Part shown: in pieces, positions 62,701 to 64,000 of the stretch
How the letters are laid out: every line of letters starts with the position of its first letter
Numbering within the stretch: the stretch's first letter is position 1
Origin: an uncultured Gammaproteobacteria bacterium
Lineage (GTDB): Bacteria > Pseudomonadota > Gammaproteobacteria > CAWJOP01
DNA length: 64,000 nt
Assembly (NCBI GenBank): GCA_963844535.1
Contig: CAWJOP010000002.1
Coordinates: 238,013 to 302,012, forward strand
Direction: 5' to 3'
The notes under the pieces: model-generated
Told to the model about the DNA's origin: nothing
The model's database searches: none
The model's input: only the letters and a program-made list of their open reading frames with translations
Position numbers and translations under genes: made by a program

Positions 62701-62787
62701 CCGTACGGGGGTACAAATAGCCATCGCATGTGGATTTTTATCCAAACTATGTTCAAAATATTCGTGTAACAATTTTGTCACTGTCAT
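59728..62787 (-). CDS. Stand-alone NRPS module: adenylation domain interrupted by a methyltransferase, plus PCP (A-MT-T)
   Basis: FTSGSTGTPKG, YKTGDLG, GRIDFQVKIAG, VLEIGCGTG, NSVVQYFP, NGKIDR, FYDMGGTSL; ATG 62787 after GGAG. Confidence 0.92.
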   Translation of the reverse strand: MTVTKLLHEYFEHSLDKNPHAMAICTPVRQITYRELATIANHLAKKLLTLQVKSNQLVAVVMEKGWEQVVAVLGILKSGAAYLPIDPNESPERLRYLLDIGEVNVILTQSQYQKCSAWPQDKTLIFVDSLVPNNEDQTIFLPAQQSAEDLAYVVFTSGSTGTPKGVMITHQAAMNTILDINERFSVDERDKIFAISALTFDLSVYDIFGALTAGSTIVMTHPADAGDPTRWDTIFFKEKISVWDSVPALMNIFIEYLTHKYTKIPDHELRLVLLSGDWIPLDLPQKIRDVFGSVDVISLGGATEASIWSILYPIHSVDPKWKSIPYGKAMKNQAFYILDEALNPAPAGESGALFIGGQGVAKGYWRDTERTAAQFIQHPRYGFIYKTGDLGRYLPDGNIEFLGRIDFQVKIAGYRIEVNAIEKYLLDFPGIKQALVLPIEAGTRQKLAAYLTLQKKLGVLEEATASELQTEQTQYWQKVYDELCLANTLQTSDDPYFNTAGWVSSDSNKPIPQIQMQEWVNCTIKRILSLQPQSVLEIGCGTGLLLFRLAPEMEYYDASDFSSKTLHHVQELLNPLNLKQVKLIQCEANQTKQFTKTYDTVILNSVVQYFPNVEYLLDVLKQCISKIRAKGHLFIGDIRSLVHLRSFHAQALLNKNIQNLTYLEWKALVDRSVEEENELIIDANFFYALQKIEPRISHVEILLKEGKFHNEMNRFRYDVILYIDHVVNNPAETVTWHDWQQEQFHLDKLHTILSEENPTYFAIKNILNQRVAGISQILKEDFSQEEDWFLHCKQLINTAKTHSVAPEVIYEIATEHGYYASISWSSENSINHFQVLFRKKSMSEPVNRDYLYFLQNSQEELTQAWEYYTNKPLLPRIHRHLISRIKSFLRVHLPHYMIPSYFIFLKALPISSNGKIDRKALPKILYPLSKENYVLPKTAIQKKLAEIWKEVLGINQIGIHHHFYDMGGTSLLSVQLIVEIEKVFNVEFNVHDIAITAPTIEKLSRLVEEKQKAKKPILI

Positions 62788-63261
62788 ATATTTACATCTC
62801 CTACCTATAAACAATCAAATTAAAAGCATAAATTGAGCCACAAGACCAATAGCAAACATCGAAAAATGTTTTCGCTTCAGGGGCCATCCTTTTCTCAAAA
62901 GGAAGCTTATTAGCCCTACTATAGCGCAACTTGAGAAATAAAATTAACTTCAAAGGTAAAAAAACATCAATTCTTAGGTTGACGGGAAGTAATGATTGAT
63001 AATAAACAAAGAAGCTAAAAAATAATGAAAAAAATTAAGGTTTGTATAAAGATAAAATTTACTATGAGGAAAGACTTGCCGTGGTCTTGACCTTGATAAG
63101 ATTTTCTTCCACCAAGGAAATATTTCTGCTCCCAAAGGAAACGCATTACTTTTTTTAAATTATGCAAGCTGTTTAGAAGGATTTTTTATGGTAAATTAAC
63201 ACCATACGCTTAAAAAATACTATTTACTGCACGCGTAATTAAAAGCATAGAGATTTAAGTT

Positions 63262-64000
63262 ATGGACAAACTTAGGGAAAAAACTGAAGGGGTTGATGAT
63301 CTCAAAGCTCTTATAGAGCAGCAACAAGCCATTATTGAAGAAAAAAGAGCTGAAATCTTTCGTCTTAAAAGTGTGATTGAAAAGCTACCCGGGAGTATTT
63401 ATTGGAAAGATAAACATGGCGTTTATCTAGGTTGTAATGAATTTGTGCTCAAAATGGCAGGGGTGCGCCATGACAAAGAAATCATTGGGAAGACTGATTT
63501 TAATATGCCCTGGAAAAAGTATGCTGAAGAATTACACGCCATCGATCAACAAGTATTAGAAACCGAGCTTCCGATAGAAACAGAAGAATCCCCTGTGTTA
63601 GCAAATGGTCAGCAAGCTATTATGTTAACGCATAAAGCACCACTGCGTGATGAAAATGGTGACGTCATAGGAATTATCGGCGTATCGGTCGATATTACTG
63701 AACGTAAACAAATGGAAGCACTTCTTGAAGAGGCCAAAAATAAAGCAGAACTGGCTAACCAAACAAAAACGGCTTTTCTTGAAAATATGCGTCATGATAT
63801 ACGTACCCCTTTGACCGGTATTATTGGCTGTGCGGATATTCTTAAAGAAACCTCTACCAATCCAGAAGTCAATGAATACCTTGATGGGTTAGTCACTTCT
63901 AGCCACGCATTGCTTAACTTGCTTAATGAAGTATTAGAAGCCAGTAAAGTAAATTCTGGTGAAATTCCTCTACTCAAACGTAAATTTGATCTCAAAGCCA
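63262..64000 (+). CDS. PAS-domain histidine kinase, truncated by the window edge; paralog of 45777-48200
   Basis: Read from sequence: MDKLREK...LPGSIYWKDKHGVYLGCN...GKTDFNMPW...DITERK...FLENMRHDIRTPLTG. Confidence 0.9.
   Translation, partial: MDKLREKTEGVDDLKALIEQQQAIIEEKRAEIFRLKSVIEKLPGSIYWKDKHGVYLGCNEFVLKMAGVRHDKEIIGKTDFNMPWKKYAEELHAIDQQVLETELPIETEESPVLANGQQAIMLTHKAPLRDENGDVIGIIGVSVDITERKQMEALLEEAKNKAELANQTKTAFLENMRHDIRTPLTGIIGCADILKETSTNPEVNEYLDGLVTSSHALLNLLNEVLEASKVNSGEIPLLKRKFDLKA

Noticed and set aside
63792-63995. 67-aa minus-strand ORF
   Set aside because: Shadow of the plus-strand histidine kinase

Overview
AT-rich gammaproteobacterial chromosome segment. Gene content (effector-like IQ and ankyrin proteins, Rsm-like sRNAs, expanded PAS hybrid kinases) suggests a Legionellales/Coxiella-like organism; this is inference only. 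Positions 1-53 kb are mostly housekeeping genes: fabF/acpP, waaFC, etfAB/ETF-QO, ald, coq7, degQ-like protease, coaX-birA-hemF-sixA-hspQ-gmhA-yraN-rsmI, rnpB, msrBA, tRNA-Ser, pepP, ribF, murJ, rnhA, mltD. These are interspersed with at least 7 families of short palindromic repeats. After tRNA-Thr(UGU) at 53126 an island-like region begins, containing ISL3 debris, an Rsm-like sRNA, a 4.6-kb IS1202-like element carrying an ankyrin/TPR gene, a stand-alone A-MT-T NRPS and a PAS histidine kinase. Strongest candidate for an under-described system: a DUF559 (Vsr-like) endonuclease gene enclosed by ~150-bp inverted arms with BoxC-like hairpins (50080-50751). Two ~250-bp copies elsewhere (16285, 26973) keep the hairpin arms plus only the first codons and the stop codon of that gene, i.e. 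an apparent autonomous/non-autonomous mobile-element pair built on a non-canonical nuclease. Other highlights are palindromic elements translated in frame inside BirA (60 aa) and the FimT leader, an insertion that rewrote the RsmI C-terminus, and two paralogous CsrA-sponge-like sRNAs.
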